Origin: an uncultured Nitrospiraceae bacterium
GTDB taxonomy: Bacteria > Nitrospirota > Thermodesulfovibrionia > Thermodesulfovibrionales > UBA6898
DNA length: 64,000 nt
Reading direction: 5' to 3'
Assembly: GCA_963811165.1 (NCBI GenBank)
Contig: CAWEQH010000010.1
Coordinates: forward strand, 1,024,001-1,088,000
Positions 50,599-60,849 of this stretch are shown piece after piece. The translations under genes were made by a program, and so were the position numbers. Position 1 is the first letter of the stretch, and each line of letters opens with the position of its first letter. The notes beneath the pieces are model-generated. The model had not been told where the DNA came from and ran no database searches. It was given only the letters and a program-made list of their open reading frames with translations.

Positions 50599-51948
50599 TT
50601 ACTGCATCTTCTCCCGTATCACCTTCGAGATGTCCCGCCCCAGTTTCGTGATAAGCTTCTCGTCCTCCCCTTCAAGCATGACCCTTATCTTAGGCTCCGT
50701 ACCGGATGCCCTGACGAGCACCCTACCCCTGCTGCCGAGCTTTTTCTCAGCCGTTTCCACCGCGCTTTCGATATCGGGGACCGAACGGATATCCTGTTTT
50801 TTCTCGACCTCGACGTTCATAAGGACCTGGGGAAAAAGCTTGATCCTCGATGCCAGTTTAGAAAGCGGCGCATTACTGATTTTCATAAGACTTAGGACCT
50901 GGGCCGCCGTGATGGGTCCATCACCGGTTGTATTGTAATCCAGAAATATTATGTGGCCCGACTGTTCTCCGCCCATGTTAAAGCCGCCGTCGAGCATCTT
51001 TTCGACCACGTACCTGTCTCCCACCTGGGTCCTCAAGAGCCGGACGCCATGTTTTTCGAGGAACCTTTCAAGCCCTAGGTTGCTCATCACCGTTGCCACG
51101 ACCGTCTTCCCTTTCAAGCTGCCGGACCTGACCATGTCGGCTGCACACATGCCCATGATCCTGTCGCCGTCAACGGGCCTGCCCTTCTCGTCGCAAAGCA
51201 ACGTCCGGTCCCCGTCGCCGTCATGCGCGATCCCTATATCCGCCGTGTGTTCGATCACCGCCTTCTGCAGACCCGCCATATTTAGAGAACCGCAATCAAG
51301 ATTAATGTTGGTGCCGTCAGGCCTGTCGTTGAGCGAAATCACCTCGGCCCCTAGTTCACGCAATAGCCATGGCGTTGTCTTGTATGCCGCACCGTTTGCG
51401 CAGTCGACAACGATCTTCATCCCTTCAAGCGTAGTGCCCTTCGGGAGCGTTGACTTTATATATTCGATATACCTGCCGGTGGCGTCGTCGAGCCTGAAGG
51501 CCTTTCCGACCTCTTCACCTTTAGGCCTGAACTTTTCCAGGTGATCGTCCATCACAAGGTCCTCTATCCTCTTTTCGACCGAATCAGGAAGTTTGAAGCC
51601 GTCGTAAGAGAAGAACTTTATCCCGTTGTCCTGGAAAGGGTTGTGCGACGCAGAAATCACGATCCCGGCATCGATCCTCAGGGTCCTTGTGAGAAATGCG
51701 ATTCCGGGGGTCGGAAGCGGGCCTACCAGGGTCACATCCATGCCCATGGAGCAGATCCCCGACGTAAGGGCGCTTTCTATCATATATCCCGACAGCCGCG
51801 TGTCCTTGCCTATGAGCACCATATTCCTGCCGTGGAGTTCCTTACGGAGCACCGTTGCGGCCGCCATGCCTATCCTTAAGACGTTTTCAGGCTTCATCGG
51901 ATATTTATTGATCCGGCCCCTTATGCCGTCCGTGCCGAAGAGTCTCAT
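50599..51948 (-). CDS. glmM: Phosphoglucosamine mutase
   Basis: LFGTDGIRG, GKDTRLSGYM, ISASHNP, DGDGDR, GGEQSGH, RASGTEP. Confidence 0.97.
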   Translation of the reverse strand: MRLFGTDGIRGRINKYPMKPENVLRIGMAAATVLRKELHGRNMVLIGKDTRLSGYMIESALTSGICSMGMDVTLVGPLPTPGIAFLTRTLRIDAGIVISASHNPFQDNGIKFFSYDGFKLPDSVEKRIEDLVMDDHLEKFRPKGEEVGKAFRLDDATGRYIEYIKSTLPKGTTLEGMKIVVDCANGAAYKTTPWLLRELGAEVISLNDRPDGTNINLDCGSLNMAGLQKAVIEHTADIGIAHDGDGDRTLLCDEKGRPVDGDRIMGMCAADMVRSGSLKGKTVVATVMSNLGLERFLEKHGVRLLRTQVGDRYVVEKMLDGGFNMGGEQSGHIIFLDYNTTGDGPITAAQVLSLMKISNAPLSKLASRIKLFPQVLMNVEVEKKQDIRSVPDIESAVETAEKKLGSRGRVLVRASGTEPKIRVMLEGEDEKLITKLGRDISKVIREKMQ

Positions 51949-52592
51949 TTCCTTCCTCCTGCTATTACGACCGTGACCCTGACCTTCTCCCTTTCAGGCT
52001 TGACATTGGCGCCGGCCGCGTCTATATTCAGCTCCTGGGTCTGCGTAGAGTTTATTCCGGATATATCCATCTGGTCCGTCCCGATCTCGCTGATCTTCCT
52101 CACCTCGGTCTTGAGGCCCTGGATAACAATATTCTTCGGCTCCACATCGACAGTTTTCACATAATATCCGGGTGCCGGCGAGCCGGTTATCGAGGCCCTC
52201 ACCGGGACCGCCTTTGTGACCGTTTCGTCGAGCCTTACCCGGATGGTTGAAGGATCGATACTCGTTACCGACATCGCGTAGGGAAGTTTCACGTCGTCTT
52301 TGTTGATATGATAACTCCCCTCGCCCTTTCTGGCCTTACTCATATCGACCAATACCCTTATGTCGGAGGGTCTCAGACTCTTCATGATCCTGTCCTGCCC
52401 CTTCACCGTCACGTTCGCGGACTTCGCACTTGAGTTGACGATACCGAGACCGATCGGCACGTCCTTGAATTCGATCGGGACTTCGAAAGACACCTCCGAC
52501 TGTCCCTTCCATGTCACAAAGAGCCAAAGCAAAACCGCAATAAGGACCGCCGAAACCTTGAGCCCTAAATTTTCGAACAACAGCTTTCTCAT
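51945..52592 (-). CDS. cdaR: CdaR/YbbR-like regulator of diadenylate cyclase
   Basis: N.GLK..A..IA..LWL TM segment and YbbR-like repeats; located between cdaA and glmM with overlapping stop/start codons. Confidence 0.88.
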   Translation of the reverse strand: MRKLLFENLGLKVSAVLIAVLLWLFVTWKGQSEVSFEVPIEFKDVPIGLGIVNSSAKSANVTVKGQDRIMKSLRPSDIRVLVDMSKARKGEGSYHINKDDVKLPYAMSVTSIDPSTIRVRLDETVTKAVPVRASITGSPAPGYYVKTVDVEPKNIVIQGLKTEVRKISEIGTDQMDISGINSTQTQELNIDAAGANVKPEREKVRVTVVIAGGRK

Positions 52593-53356
52593 TTTTTCCC
52601 CTTCTGAGAAGAAAATACATCTGTTAGGAGGTCCCTCATCGTCCCCATATCGAGCTTGGTCTCTAACTTGCCATCCATGGCCATCGAGATAAAGCCCGTC
52701 TCCTCGGAAACGATGATCGCGATCGCGTCCGTTTCTTCGGTCAGTCCTATGCCCGCCCTGTGGCGCGTGCCCAGGGACTTGCTCAGCTCCGAACTGAGCG
52801 TGATCGGCAAAAAGCATCCGGCGGCGGCTATCCTGTTGCCCTTAATAATGACCGCCCCGTCGTGAATAGGAGACGTAGGATGAAAGATGCTGGCCAGCAA
52901 TTCCCTGGACACTTTTGCGTCTAAAGGCGTGCCGACCTCGATAAAGTCCTTGAGGCTCGTGTCCCGCTCGATGACGATGAGGGCGCCGATCTTTCTGTTG
53001 GCGAGCGATATTGAGGCCCTTACGATCTCTTCTAAGGACTTCAGTTCTTCGGCCTTCGTAAAGGTAAGAAACTGCGCCTCCCCTATATGGGCGAGAGCCC
53101 TCCGGATCTCGGGCTGAAACAGGACAATGATCGCGATAACGATCTGCGCCCAGAAACTCTGCACCAGCCAATCAATCGTATAGAGTTCAAGGTACCGTGA
53201 GGCCACCGAAGCCAGCAAAAGGATGCCAAGCCCTATCAGCATCTGCACGGCCTTCGTCCCCTTCAGGATAAGGAGCAGCCGGTAGAGGACCACCGACATC
53301 AGCGCGATATCGAGAAAATTAAGTATCCATCTGTGTTGTCTTAGAAGCTCTACCAT
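52589..53356 (-). CDS. cdaA: Diadenylate cyclase
   Basis: 3 TM segments, FQPEIRRAL, catalytic HDGA and GTRHRA motifs, VSEETG. Confidence 0.95.
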   Translation of the reverse strand: MVELLRQHRWILNFLDIALMSVVLYRLLLILKGTKAVQMLIGLGILLLASVASRYLELYTIDWLVQSFWAQIVIAIIVLFQPEIRRALAHIGEAQFLTFTKAEELKSLEEIVRASISLANRKIGALIVIERDTSLKDFIEVGTPLDAKVSRELLASIFHPTSPIHDGAVIIKGNRIAAAGCFLPITLSSELSKSLGTRHRAGIGLTEETDAIAIIVSEETGFISMAMDGKLETKLDMGTMRDLLTDVFSSQKGKK

Positions 53357-53490
53357 TTTCTACACGGGTCCCCCGGATATTGTTAAGTATCTAATTATAT
53401 ATCATGCAATATTAATTTTCCCGCGATATGAGGTAATGACCTCACTTTGTCGTATACTATTGTTATAATTTCCCCAGAGGAGCGGACTGA

Positions 53491-54255
53491 ATGAACGCCG
53501 TTGAGCTCTATAAGAAACTGCCGAAGAAAAACTGCGGTAAATGCAGCCTAAAGACATGCATGCCCTTTGCGCTTGCGGTGATCAAAGGTGATGCGGAGCT
53601 TGCCGAATGTCCCCTTCTCACCGGAGATGCGATAATTGAGATAGAGGGCTCCCTCAAGCGGTCGGACTGGCGTGAAGAATTGATCCTTAAACTGAGGGAA
53701 GAAATTAAGGGCATCGATTTCAGCGAAGTCGCGGAAGGGATCGGCGCCACCGTAAGAGACGGCGTACTCGTCCTCGACTGTTTCGGAAGGGAATTCAGGA
53801 TATCGCCTGACGGAGAAATAGCAGCCCAGGGGCGCATGACGCCCTGGATAAGAATCCTCGTTCTGCACTATGTCCGCACGGCAGGCAAAGGCGGCCTGAC
53901 GGGCAAGTACGTCTCTTACAGCGAGGTAAAGGGCGGAATGGTGAAGGCGTCCTCGTTTCAGAGGGATTGCGAGGAACCGCTCACGGAATTGTTCAAGAGA
54001 GATTTTGAAAAAACCGCGCTCATGTTGTCGAGGATGGGCACGAAGAAAAAAAAGGGTTTTCCGACAGAGCACGCATGGGAACTATACCTGCTCCCCAAGC
54101 TGCCCGTCACCGTCCTTTATTGGCCTCAGGAGGAAGAATTCCCGTCCAGGGTAAAGATACTCTTCGATTCTTCGGCTGACAGGTATCTTGACGCGGAGTC
54201 GCTCATATTCTTAGTCGAAGGGCTCGTCAAGAATATCGAGATGTCGCTGCACTGA
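53491..54255 (+). CDS. DUF3786 protein with N-terminal 4Fe-4S domain (paralogue of 30588-31364)
   Basis: LYKKLPKKNCGKCSLKTCMPFA...CP; LPKLP...YW..EEEFP....ILFD. Confidence 0.87.
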   Translation: MNAVELYKKLPKKNCGKCSLKTCMPFALAVIKGDAELAECPLLTGDAIIEIEGSLKRSDWREELILKLREEIKGIDFSEVAEGIGATVRDGVLVLDCFGREFRISPDGEIAAQGRMTPWIRILVLHYVRTAGKGGLTGKYVSYSEVKGGMVKASSFQRDCEEPLTELFKRDFEKTALMLSRMGTKKKKGFPTEHAWELYLLPKLPVTVLYWPQEEEFPSRVKILFDSSADRYLDAESLIFLVEGLVKNIEMSLH

Positions 54256-54274
54256 TTTCGTTTGTTGCGAGGCA

Positions 54275-54377
54275 GGGGGTGGTACTCGAACGGCTTCTCT
54301 TAACCCGATGAATATTGGGGGAAAAGCCCTCGGAGGGCTGACTTCGTCGGCCCGGCAATGATGAGAATACCGTCCCC
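54275..54377 (+). repeat. Structured repeat family, copy D (most diverged)
   Basis: GGGGGTGGTA..TACCGTCCCC stem, GAACGG, CCCGAT-GAAT-ATTGGG, CCTCGGA, GGGCTGAC-TTC-GTCGGCCC, GGCAATGA. Confidence 0.78.
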
Positions 54378-54488
54378 ACGCACACCTCATAATCTTCTGA
54401 TGGCAGCTTATCTCGGAAGCTCCTAAATTGCTTTTATCACGGATTTCCGTTACATTTTATATGAGGCTGATCGGATGCCTCCCACCCT

Positions 54489-56109
54489 ATGGCCGGAATT
54501 CATTACAGGAAGAGATTTTTAAAAGGACTTTTAATAGCCCTCAGGATAGCAATCTCCTACAGGGTCGCGCATTTCTTGGCTCTCTTTCTACCGGCCGAAC
54601 GGAAGGCCGCCCGCCTCAAAAAACTCCACAGGAAAAACGCGGCGCTCATAAGAAAAAAAGCGCTTGAGATGAAGGGCGTGATGATCAAGGTCGGCCAGTT
54701 CCTGAGTTCGAGGATCGACTTCCTTCCGGACGAATACATAAGCGAGCTTTCCGAGCTTCAGGACCAGGTCCCGCCCCATGACTTTGATGAAATAAGGCAG
54801 CGGATAATCGATGAACTGGGTTCCGCACCCGAGGAGATCTTCTCCGAGTTCGAAAGGGAACCGCTTGCCGCGGCATCTCTTGGACAGGTGCACCGTGCCG
54901 TCCTCAAAGACGGGCGGGAGGCGGCCGTCAAGGTCCAGTACCCAGGGATAGAAAAAATTATCGAGACAGACATAAGGATGTTCGAGGTCCTGATAAATGT
55001 GATGCACGGCAGGATGGGCTGGATCGATCTGAGGGTATTGCATGAAGAGTTCTCGAGGGTTGTGCGCGCCGAGCTCGATTACGCCCAGGAGGGGAGGAAC
55101 GCCGAGAGGTTCAGGCAGAATTTCCTCGGGGACGAACGGGTTGTCATCCCCCGGGTATACTGGGAATTTTCGAGAGGCAAGGTCCTCACTCTCGAGTTTG
55201 TCGGGGGAATCAAGATATCTGAATGTGCAGTGATCAAGGCGTCGGGGACAGACTGCGGAGCACTGGTCAACCTCCTTGCAGAAACCTATGCCAAGATGAT
55301 CTTCGTCCACGGATTTTTCCATAGCGACCCCCACCCCGGAAATATCTTCGTCAGCAAGGGGCCGACGCTCGTCTTCGTCGACTTCGGGATGGTGCAGACG
55401 ATACCCGAGTCGACGAGGAGAAACCTGCGTCGGTACGCCAATGCCATCGTCGAAAACGATACGTCCGGCATCGTTGAGGCCCTTGAGAGCCTGGGGTTTC
55501 TTATCGAAGGCGCCGACTATAAAGCGATAGCGGACGTCACCCAGGACCTGATCGACAAGTACCGGTACAGCACCCCGGGGGAGCTGAAGTCCCTCACCAT
55601 AGACGATATAGGGGACGAGATCCATAACGTTCGCGGCGTCATCGATAACTTCCAGGTGCCGAACTATTTCATACTCCTTGGCAGGACGATCGGAATGCTA
55701 AACGGTATGGCGTTCAGGCTCAATCCCGAGGTAAACATCATAGAGATCGGCAAGCCCTACATTAAGGAGTTCTTCGCAGGCAGCCGCGAGGAGCAAATAA
55801 AGCGGGCATTCACTTCGGTCGAAGAAGAGATTTTGGGAACTCGTCGATCTCCCTTCACAGGCACAGGCGTTCCTCAAGAAGGCAAACAGGGGCGAGCTCT
55901 CCTTCAAGCTCGCAAAGTCCGAGATGCAGGGTATTACGGGCCAGCTCTCGTCCCTGGCCGACGTGATGCTCCTGGTGATCCTGACGGTGACCGCCTCTTC
56001 AGCAGGGCTCTTCTTCGCCCTCCTGGGGAACAAGGCGCCCTCGATCTTTGCCGCCGGCATGTCCCTTTTCCTCGGGCTTCTCTCCGTATTCAGACTAATG
56101 AGGCGATAG
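54489..56109 (+). CDS. ABC1/UbiB-family atypical kinase; frameshift near 55820
   Basis: IKVGQ.LS.R.D, AAASLGQVH, AVKVQYP, HSDPHPGN, DFGM. The typical C-terminus (ELVDLP...RGEL plus 2 TM) lies in another frame ending at 56109. Confidence 0.88.
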
Positions 56110-56283
56110 CCACAAAATTAGGACACAGCAACCCAATAGCAAAGGGTTCCAAAAAAAAATTCCACATTTGGAAAAACCAACAGACATAAAGAAAAAGATT
56201 CCGGACAGGTTACCCGGCCGCTTTTGAAGATTTCCTGCCGCTGGGTATATACTTGAATATAATAAACCGGTACGGTTGGTGCG

Positions 56284-56847
56284 ATGAAGACTAAAGAAAA
56301 AGATATCATACATACTGAAGGAAAAGATATCTGCAAAAAGATTACCCTTACCGGTAACAATCCGGAAAACATAAAGAAGCTCATTGAATGCTATAAAAAC
56401 GTCCTCGTCTGCGGGGTCAAGGGCGTCGGCAAGATCACCAATACCGTCCAGGCGGTCAGGAAAAATACGAACGTCTATTACATCGGCAACCGGGTTGATT
56501 ACGAGGGAAAGACAAGGCCGGGCAGTTTCGAAAAGTATCTCGCCTACATCCTCGCCTTGAAGAAAGACCTACACATCGCCGCCAACCTTGACGAACTCGC
56601 CGCACTGAAGGACGATATCATCCTCATTATCGATGAAATTTATGGCAGGAGCGAAGCGCAGCTGGCCCAGATCAGCGTACTGCTCGACATGAAAAACATC
56701 CGGATAATCCAGATCGTAGGCTGCATGAAATACATGGGCGCCCTCATCGATAAGATAGACGCCATCGTCGAACTTCACCTCGACGGCGCCTTCATGATCG
56801 ATAAGGAACTCGGCAAGGCGATCTGCGAGATCCTGGGCAAGAAGTAA
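56284..56847 (+). CDS. Small P-loop-like hypothetical protein
   Basis: VLVCGVKGVGK (Walker A-like) and LIIDE (Walker B-like). Confidence 0.7.
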   Translation: MKTKEKDIIHTEGKDICKKITLTGNNPENIKKLIECYKNVLVCGVKGVGKITNTVQAVRKNTNVYYIGNRVDYEGKTRPGSFEKYLAYILALKKDLHIAANLDELAALKDDIILIIDEIYGRSEAQLAQISVLLDMKNIRIIQIVGCMKYMGALIDKIDAIVELHLDGAFMIDKELGKAICEILGKK

Positions 56848-56872
56848 TTACAAGGGGCGATGCATGAGATCT

Positions 56873-57328
56873 TTATCGCGTCCATGTCGCCGTCCCACCG
56901 ATGAACGATATGCCGATGAACCCTCTTACATTTAATTGATTGGGTGAAACGAGTGTCAGCTTGCCGCTGTATGTCTTACCGTTTTCAGAGTTGTATATTG
57001 TTCCGTTTTTCCACGAATTATCGCCTGCAAACACGAAGTCAAGAAGAATGGGCAGCCCAATAAGTGGGGTTTTTCTGAGGTTCGGGTCCGGGTTATTATG
57101 ATCGAGCATCGGCGTGTCCGGCGTCCCTTCTTTTGAACCGGCAGGATAATTCGGTTCCTTCAACCAAGCAATCTTGCCGCAGTACTTTATGCCGCATGTG
57201 TAGATCTCTATCTTTGCGTCTCTCTCTTGGGTATTCCACACCCCGATAATATCGTCCGGGCCCGCGGCATAAGCAGGTCCCGCGGCCAGCAGTATGCCTG
57301 TGAAAACCATAACGATGAATTGCCTCAT
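56873..57328 (-). CDS. DUF2147 family exported protein
   Basis: G.W.T....AKIEI..CG..YCGKI.W, D.NNPDP.LR, G.IY..E.GKTY, L.VRG.IG...GGT.TWTR. Confidence 0.9.
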   Translation of the reverse strand: MRQFIVMVFTGILLAAGPAYAAGPDDIIGVWNTQERDAKIEIYTCGIKYCGKIAWLKEPNYPAGSKEGTPDTPMLDHNNPDPNLRKTPLIGLPILLDFVFAGDNSWKNGTIYNSENGKTYSGKLTLVSPNQLNVRGFIGISFIGGTATWTR

Positions 57329-57590
57329 ATTGTCCCAACTAACGCGCTTCTGATGTCCGTCCCGCATGCCCATATATCATCTTCAATCCGCCAAAGTATA
57401 TCATACCCCGGCTTCCCTGTGATGCCCCATTGAGAGGGCAAATACAACAATGCAAAGCCGACCCTCACATGGTTGAAATCAAGGCGGCCAATGATATTCA
57501 TTACTTTCTTGACACCTTTGAAACCTGATATAATGGTGCATAGTCAACTGGAAGATAATGCCATAGCGGGCTTGCTTTAAAGGGAGGACA

Positions 57591-59084
57591 ATGGAAAACC
57601 TGAACGTCCAGGATTTGCTGAGCATGATCGGGGCCGGGACCAGCTTATTTTATGTAGTTACCGATAACGAGCAGTCCACGGAAAGAATTGTGACACAGGC
57701 CGCCCAGCAGGTGGAAGGGGCGGGAAGTATCTACGCATGGACCTGCACCGAAGGCTTCGTCCGGGAGGGAGCGTCATTCAAAGAGACGGTAGAACCTCTG
57801 CCGGCGCTTGATTTCGCCATCGCGCAACCCGGACCCGCCATTTTTCTTTTCAAGGACCTCTACAGATTTTGGTCGAATAGCCCGTTTATTATCAGAAAGC
57901 TGAAGGAGTTTGCCGTGCGGGCACGGTCAAAGATACTGATTGTCATTGGGGAAGAGGAGGCTGTGCCGGAACCGTTACGGGAAGACCTCGTTATTCTTTA
58001 TCAGGGCATTCCTGTCGTAGCCGAGATCAAGGCGCACCTGGAGTCCCTGAAAGAACGTGTCCCGTTACTGGCGCGGGTCTGTGCCGCTGATCCCGAGCTA
58101 ATGGGGAGGTTGGTGGTTGCGGCCCAGGGGCTTTATCTTGAGAACATCGAACGCAGCATCGGCGCTTTCAATCAGGCCCAGGTCGGCGGCGGAAGCGAAA
58201 TCGTCCGGAGGTTCTTCGAGACTAAACAGCAGATCATCAGAAAAAGCGGAATTATGGAGTTTGTCGTCAATGACGTCGATCTGGACCATCTGGGGGGGAT
58301 GGAAAACCTGAAAAAATGGCTTGAACGTCGTGAAACGGCATTCGGCCTGGATAACATTTCTACCGGTGCCAACATGCCGAAAGGGGTGTTGATCATGGGG
58401 GTATCCGGCTGCGGCAAATCGCTGTTTGTCAAGGTGATCGCGACACGGTGGCGCGTCCCCCTTATCCGTCTGGATATGGCGGTTGTGTATGGGGGGGCGT
58501 TCGGCAGCCCGGAGTCAAGCCTGCGCAAGGCGTTCAGGATTGCAGAGGCGATTGCGCCCTGCGTCCTCTGGATAGACGAGATCGAGGCCGGCGTTTCATC
58601 GCAGGGGTTCAAGGTTGAAGGGGGCTCCGCTTCACGGGTCCTCGGGTCTTTTCTGACGTGGATGCAGGAAAAAAGTGCGCCTGTTTTTGTCGCTGCTACC
58701 GCCAATGCCATCGAGATGCTTCCCGCGGAAGTGCTGCGCAAAGGACGCTTCGATGAGATATTTTATATGGGTCTTCCCAATGAAACGGCGCGGGAAGAAA
58801 TATTCCGCATTCATATGAAGAAGCAGAATATCGATCCTTCCGGGATTAATGTCCCGCTACTGGCGCGGTTGGCCAACCGTTTTTCCGGAGCTGAAATCGA
58901 GCAGGTGGTCAAATCAGCGGCTTTCGAGGCCCTTGCCGATAAGCGTCCTATAGTCGAAGAGGATTTCAAGTCAGTTCTGAGAGGGACCGTTCCTCTTTCG
59001 GTGACCATGGATGAACAGATAAAGAGCATCGAAGGCTGGGCATTTAAACGCGCAGTGCCGGCCTCAGGGGAATTAAGGCGTTAG
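57591..59084 (+). CDS. Ycf46-like AAA+ ATPase
   Basis: [51 protein letters not shown]. Confidence 0.9.
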   Translation: MENLNVQDLLSMIGAGTSLFYVVTDNEQSTERIVTQAAQQVEGAGSIYAWTCTEGFVREGASFKETVEPLPALDFAIAQPGPAIFLFKDLYRFWSNSPFIIRKLKEFAVRARSKILIVIGEEEAVPEPLREDLVILYQGIPVVAEIKAHLESLKERVPLLARVCAADPELMGRLVVAAQGLYLENIERSIGAFNQAQVGGGSEIVRRFFETKQQIIRKSGIMEFVVNDVDLDHLGGMENLKKWLERRETAFGLDNISTGANMPKGVLIMGVSGCGKSLFVKVIATRWRVPLIRLDMAVVYGGAFGSPESSLRKAFRIAEAIAPCVLWIDEIEAGVSSQGFKVEGGSASRVLGSFLTWMQEKSAPVFVAATANAIEMLPAEVLRKGRFDEIFYMGLPNETAREEIFRIHMKKQNIDPSGINVPLLARLANRFSGAEIEQVVKSAAFEALADKRPIVEEDFKSVLRGTVPLSVTMDEQIKSIEGWAFKRAVPASGELRR

Positions 59085-59205
59085 CGGAAATCACTGGCTG
59101 ATGAATCTTTGCGCGGTCAGTGACCCTTGCATTCTTTACCTAAATCCATTAGATTTTATCTAAAGGGATGGCATCAGTAAAAACCTCGTGGAAGGGAGAG
59201 TCGAT

Positions 59206-59415
59206 ATGAAATGCTGGGAATTTACGCAATGCGGACGCGGGCAAAAGGGGGGATGTCCTGCATGGCCTGACAAGGGAGACATATGCGCTGAAGTTGTGGG
59301 GACGTTCTGTGTAGATAAGGACCGCATACTGGGCATAAATGCGATTAAGCTCAAAGACTGCACCAAATGCGCGTTCTTTAACAGTATCCATTACAAGGGT
59401 AAAAAAGGGCTTTAA
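59206..59415 (+). CDS. Small Cys-rich protein ('two-CW'-like domain)
   Basis: MKCWEF..C......CPA......C..V.GTFC...C..C.FF. Confidence 0.75.
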   Translation: MKCWEFTQCGRGQKGGCPAWPDKGDICAEVVGTFCVDKDRILGINAIKLKDCTKCAFFNSIHYKGKKGL

Positions 59416-59461
59416 TCGACACCCCGAATATTTTCCCCCTACTCGAAATTTTCCAGTCATT

Positions 59462-59477
59462 TGTGACGGGTGTCACA
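59462..59477. promoter_or_regulatory. CRP/HcpR-type box
   Basis: TGTGA-CGGGTG-TCACA, a consensus palindrome in intergenic DNA; target gene unclear. Confidence 0.5.
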
Positions 59478-59709
59478 TCCAGTGGCGCAGGGGGCAGTAG
59501 ATCCCTGCAATTAAACAATTGCTGTTAATAAGCTGTTAGCAAGGCCAATAAGTTCTTTACAGGAATATTACAGAAAGCGACAAATGACTTTTTGCCCAAA
59601 AATTAGACACCTCGCAAAATGAATAATACCAGGATGTTACGATAAACTATTAGGCTTTTTTCCGTCGATGCCTATAAAGAGTGTCTTTTCCCCCGAAAAT
59701 TAAAGGGTT

Positions 59710-59965
59710 TTAATTAGAACGCGGCCGCGACGGGATAGACGGCATCGGGTGGGAAGCAGGCGCAGATCTGTAAGCTCGCGCAGCGTGACCACTTCCACTG
59801 GTTGGACGATGGTCGCCTTGATGGCGATGGTCACCGCCGCGAAACGGCGCCACATAGTAGCCGGGTCCCCAGCCACCGTATTCGACACCAGAGGGTTCAT
59901 AGTAGTCCCCTCTCCGTCGTAGTATCCGTTTTCGCCAACAGTTGCGACGCAGCCGGGCAACAGAA
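59710..59965 (-). pseudogene. Frameshifted, 5'-truncated small lipoprotein-like gene
   Basis: LPGCVATVGENGYYDG in one frame continues as GDYYEPSGVEYGGWGPGYYVAP...PSIPSRPRSN in another; no signal peptide upstream. Confidence 0.5.
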
Positions 59966-60021
59966 TTTGGGTGCCAAATCCATTTTGAAATGCAGTATGC
60001 TAATATAGAGACGCAAATTTT

Positions 60022-60540
60022 ATGCGAAATCTCCGTTTCATTTTGATTATTGTTTTGGTATTCTTCGTTCGCACAGACGGAGGGGCGTCCGCAGCGTATT
60101 ATGCTCCTGAGCCTGGAAATCATGCGCCCCTCTTTACTCTGAAGGACACCCAGGGGACAAACGTCTCGTTCTCGGATTTCAAAGGCAAGGTTGTCCTCAT
60201 TAATTTCTGGGCGACATGGTGCGGTCCGTGCAAGGCCGAGATGCCTTCCCTGAACAACCTCTATAAGGCACTCAAAGATAAAGGGTTCGCAGTTCTTGCA
60301 ATATCAACCGATTCCTCAGAAAAACCTGTAAGGTCTTTTGTTGCAGAAAGGGGGATTTCTTTTCCCGTTCTCATGGATAAAGACAAAACGGTCTATTCCG
60401 ATAAATATGCGGTCTTCGGCCTCCCCATGTCTTTTTTGATCGATAGGGATGGAGTCGTGGTTGGCAGAGTCGTGGGCGAAGTGAAGTGGGATTCACCTGA
60501 GATGAAGAATAAGATTACGGGAGTCCTGAACAGAAAATAG
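60022..60540 (+). CDS. TlpA/ResA-like thiol-disulfide oxidoreductase
   Basis: AP.FTL, KGKVVLINFWATWCGPCKAEMP, GLP.SFLIDRDG. Confidence 0.93.
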   Translation: MRNLRFILIIVLVFFVRTDGGASAAYYAPEPGNHAPLFTLKDTQGTNVSFSDFKGKVVLINFWATWCGPCKAEMPSLNNLYKALKDKGFAVLAISTDSSEKPVRSFVAERGISFPVLMDKDKTVYSDKYAVFGLPMSFLIDRDGVVVGRVVGEVKWDSPEMKNKITGVLNRK

Positions 60541-60549
60541 GGAGATTTT

Positions 60550-60752
60550 CCGTCATTTCTCTCATCAGTGAGATCCCGTTGAGCAATTGCCGGGCCTTTT
60601 GATCGTCAGTCGGCGCTGAAAGTTTCAAGCAGAAATAAACTGGGGTTCAAGAATTGTTTCAAATGCCATGGGCAGGGATGGAAAAATCCCCCGAAGGGAA
60701 GAAGGCCCAGATGACAAGCGACCAGCGCTGCACACCCTGTCACAAAAAATAA
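60550..60752 (+). pseudogene. Decayed class III (c3/c7-like) cytochrome c fragment
   Basis: NCFKCH (from 60652) and, after a frameshift, MEKSPEGKKAQMTSDQRCTPCHKK-stop. FSH and NCRA remnants upstream among stops. Confidence 0.6.
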
Positions 60753-60793
60753 TCAGCCAAGTCCCGACTTTCAGACACAAGGAAAGATAAAAC

Positions 60794-60818
60794 AAAAAAG
60801 CGCGGTCGCGTTGACCGC
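60794..60818 (-). terminator. Intrinsic terminator
   Basis: GCGGTC-N5-GACCGC followed by GCTTTTTT on the minus strand. Confidence 0.6.
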
Positions 60819-60849
60819 CCTCAGGTTTTCTTATTGAGGAGAGAACCCC

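Noticed and set aside
57435..57490. GGGCAAA...GCAAAGCC, c-di-GMP-I-like words
   Set aside because: No P2 hairpin and no conserved 3' half.
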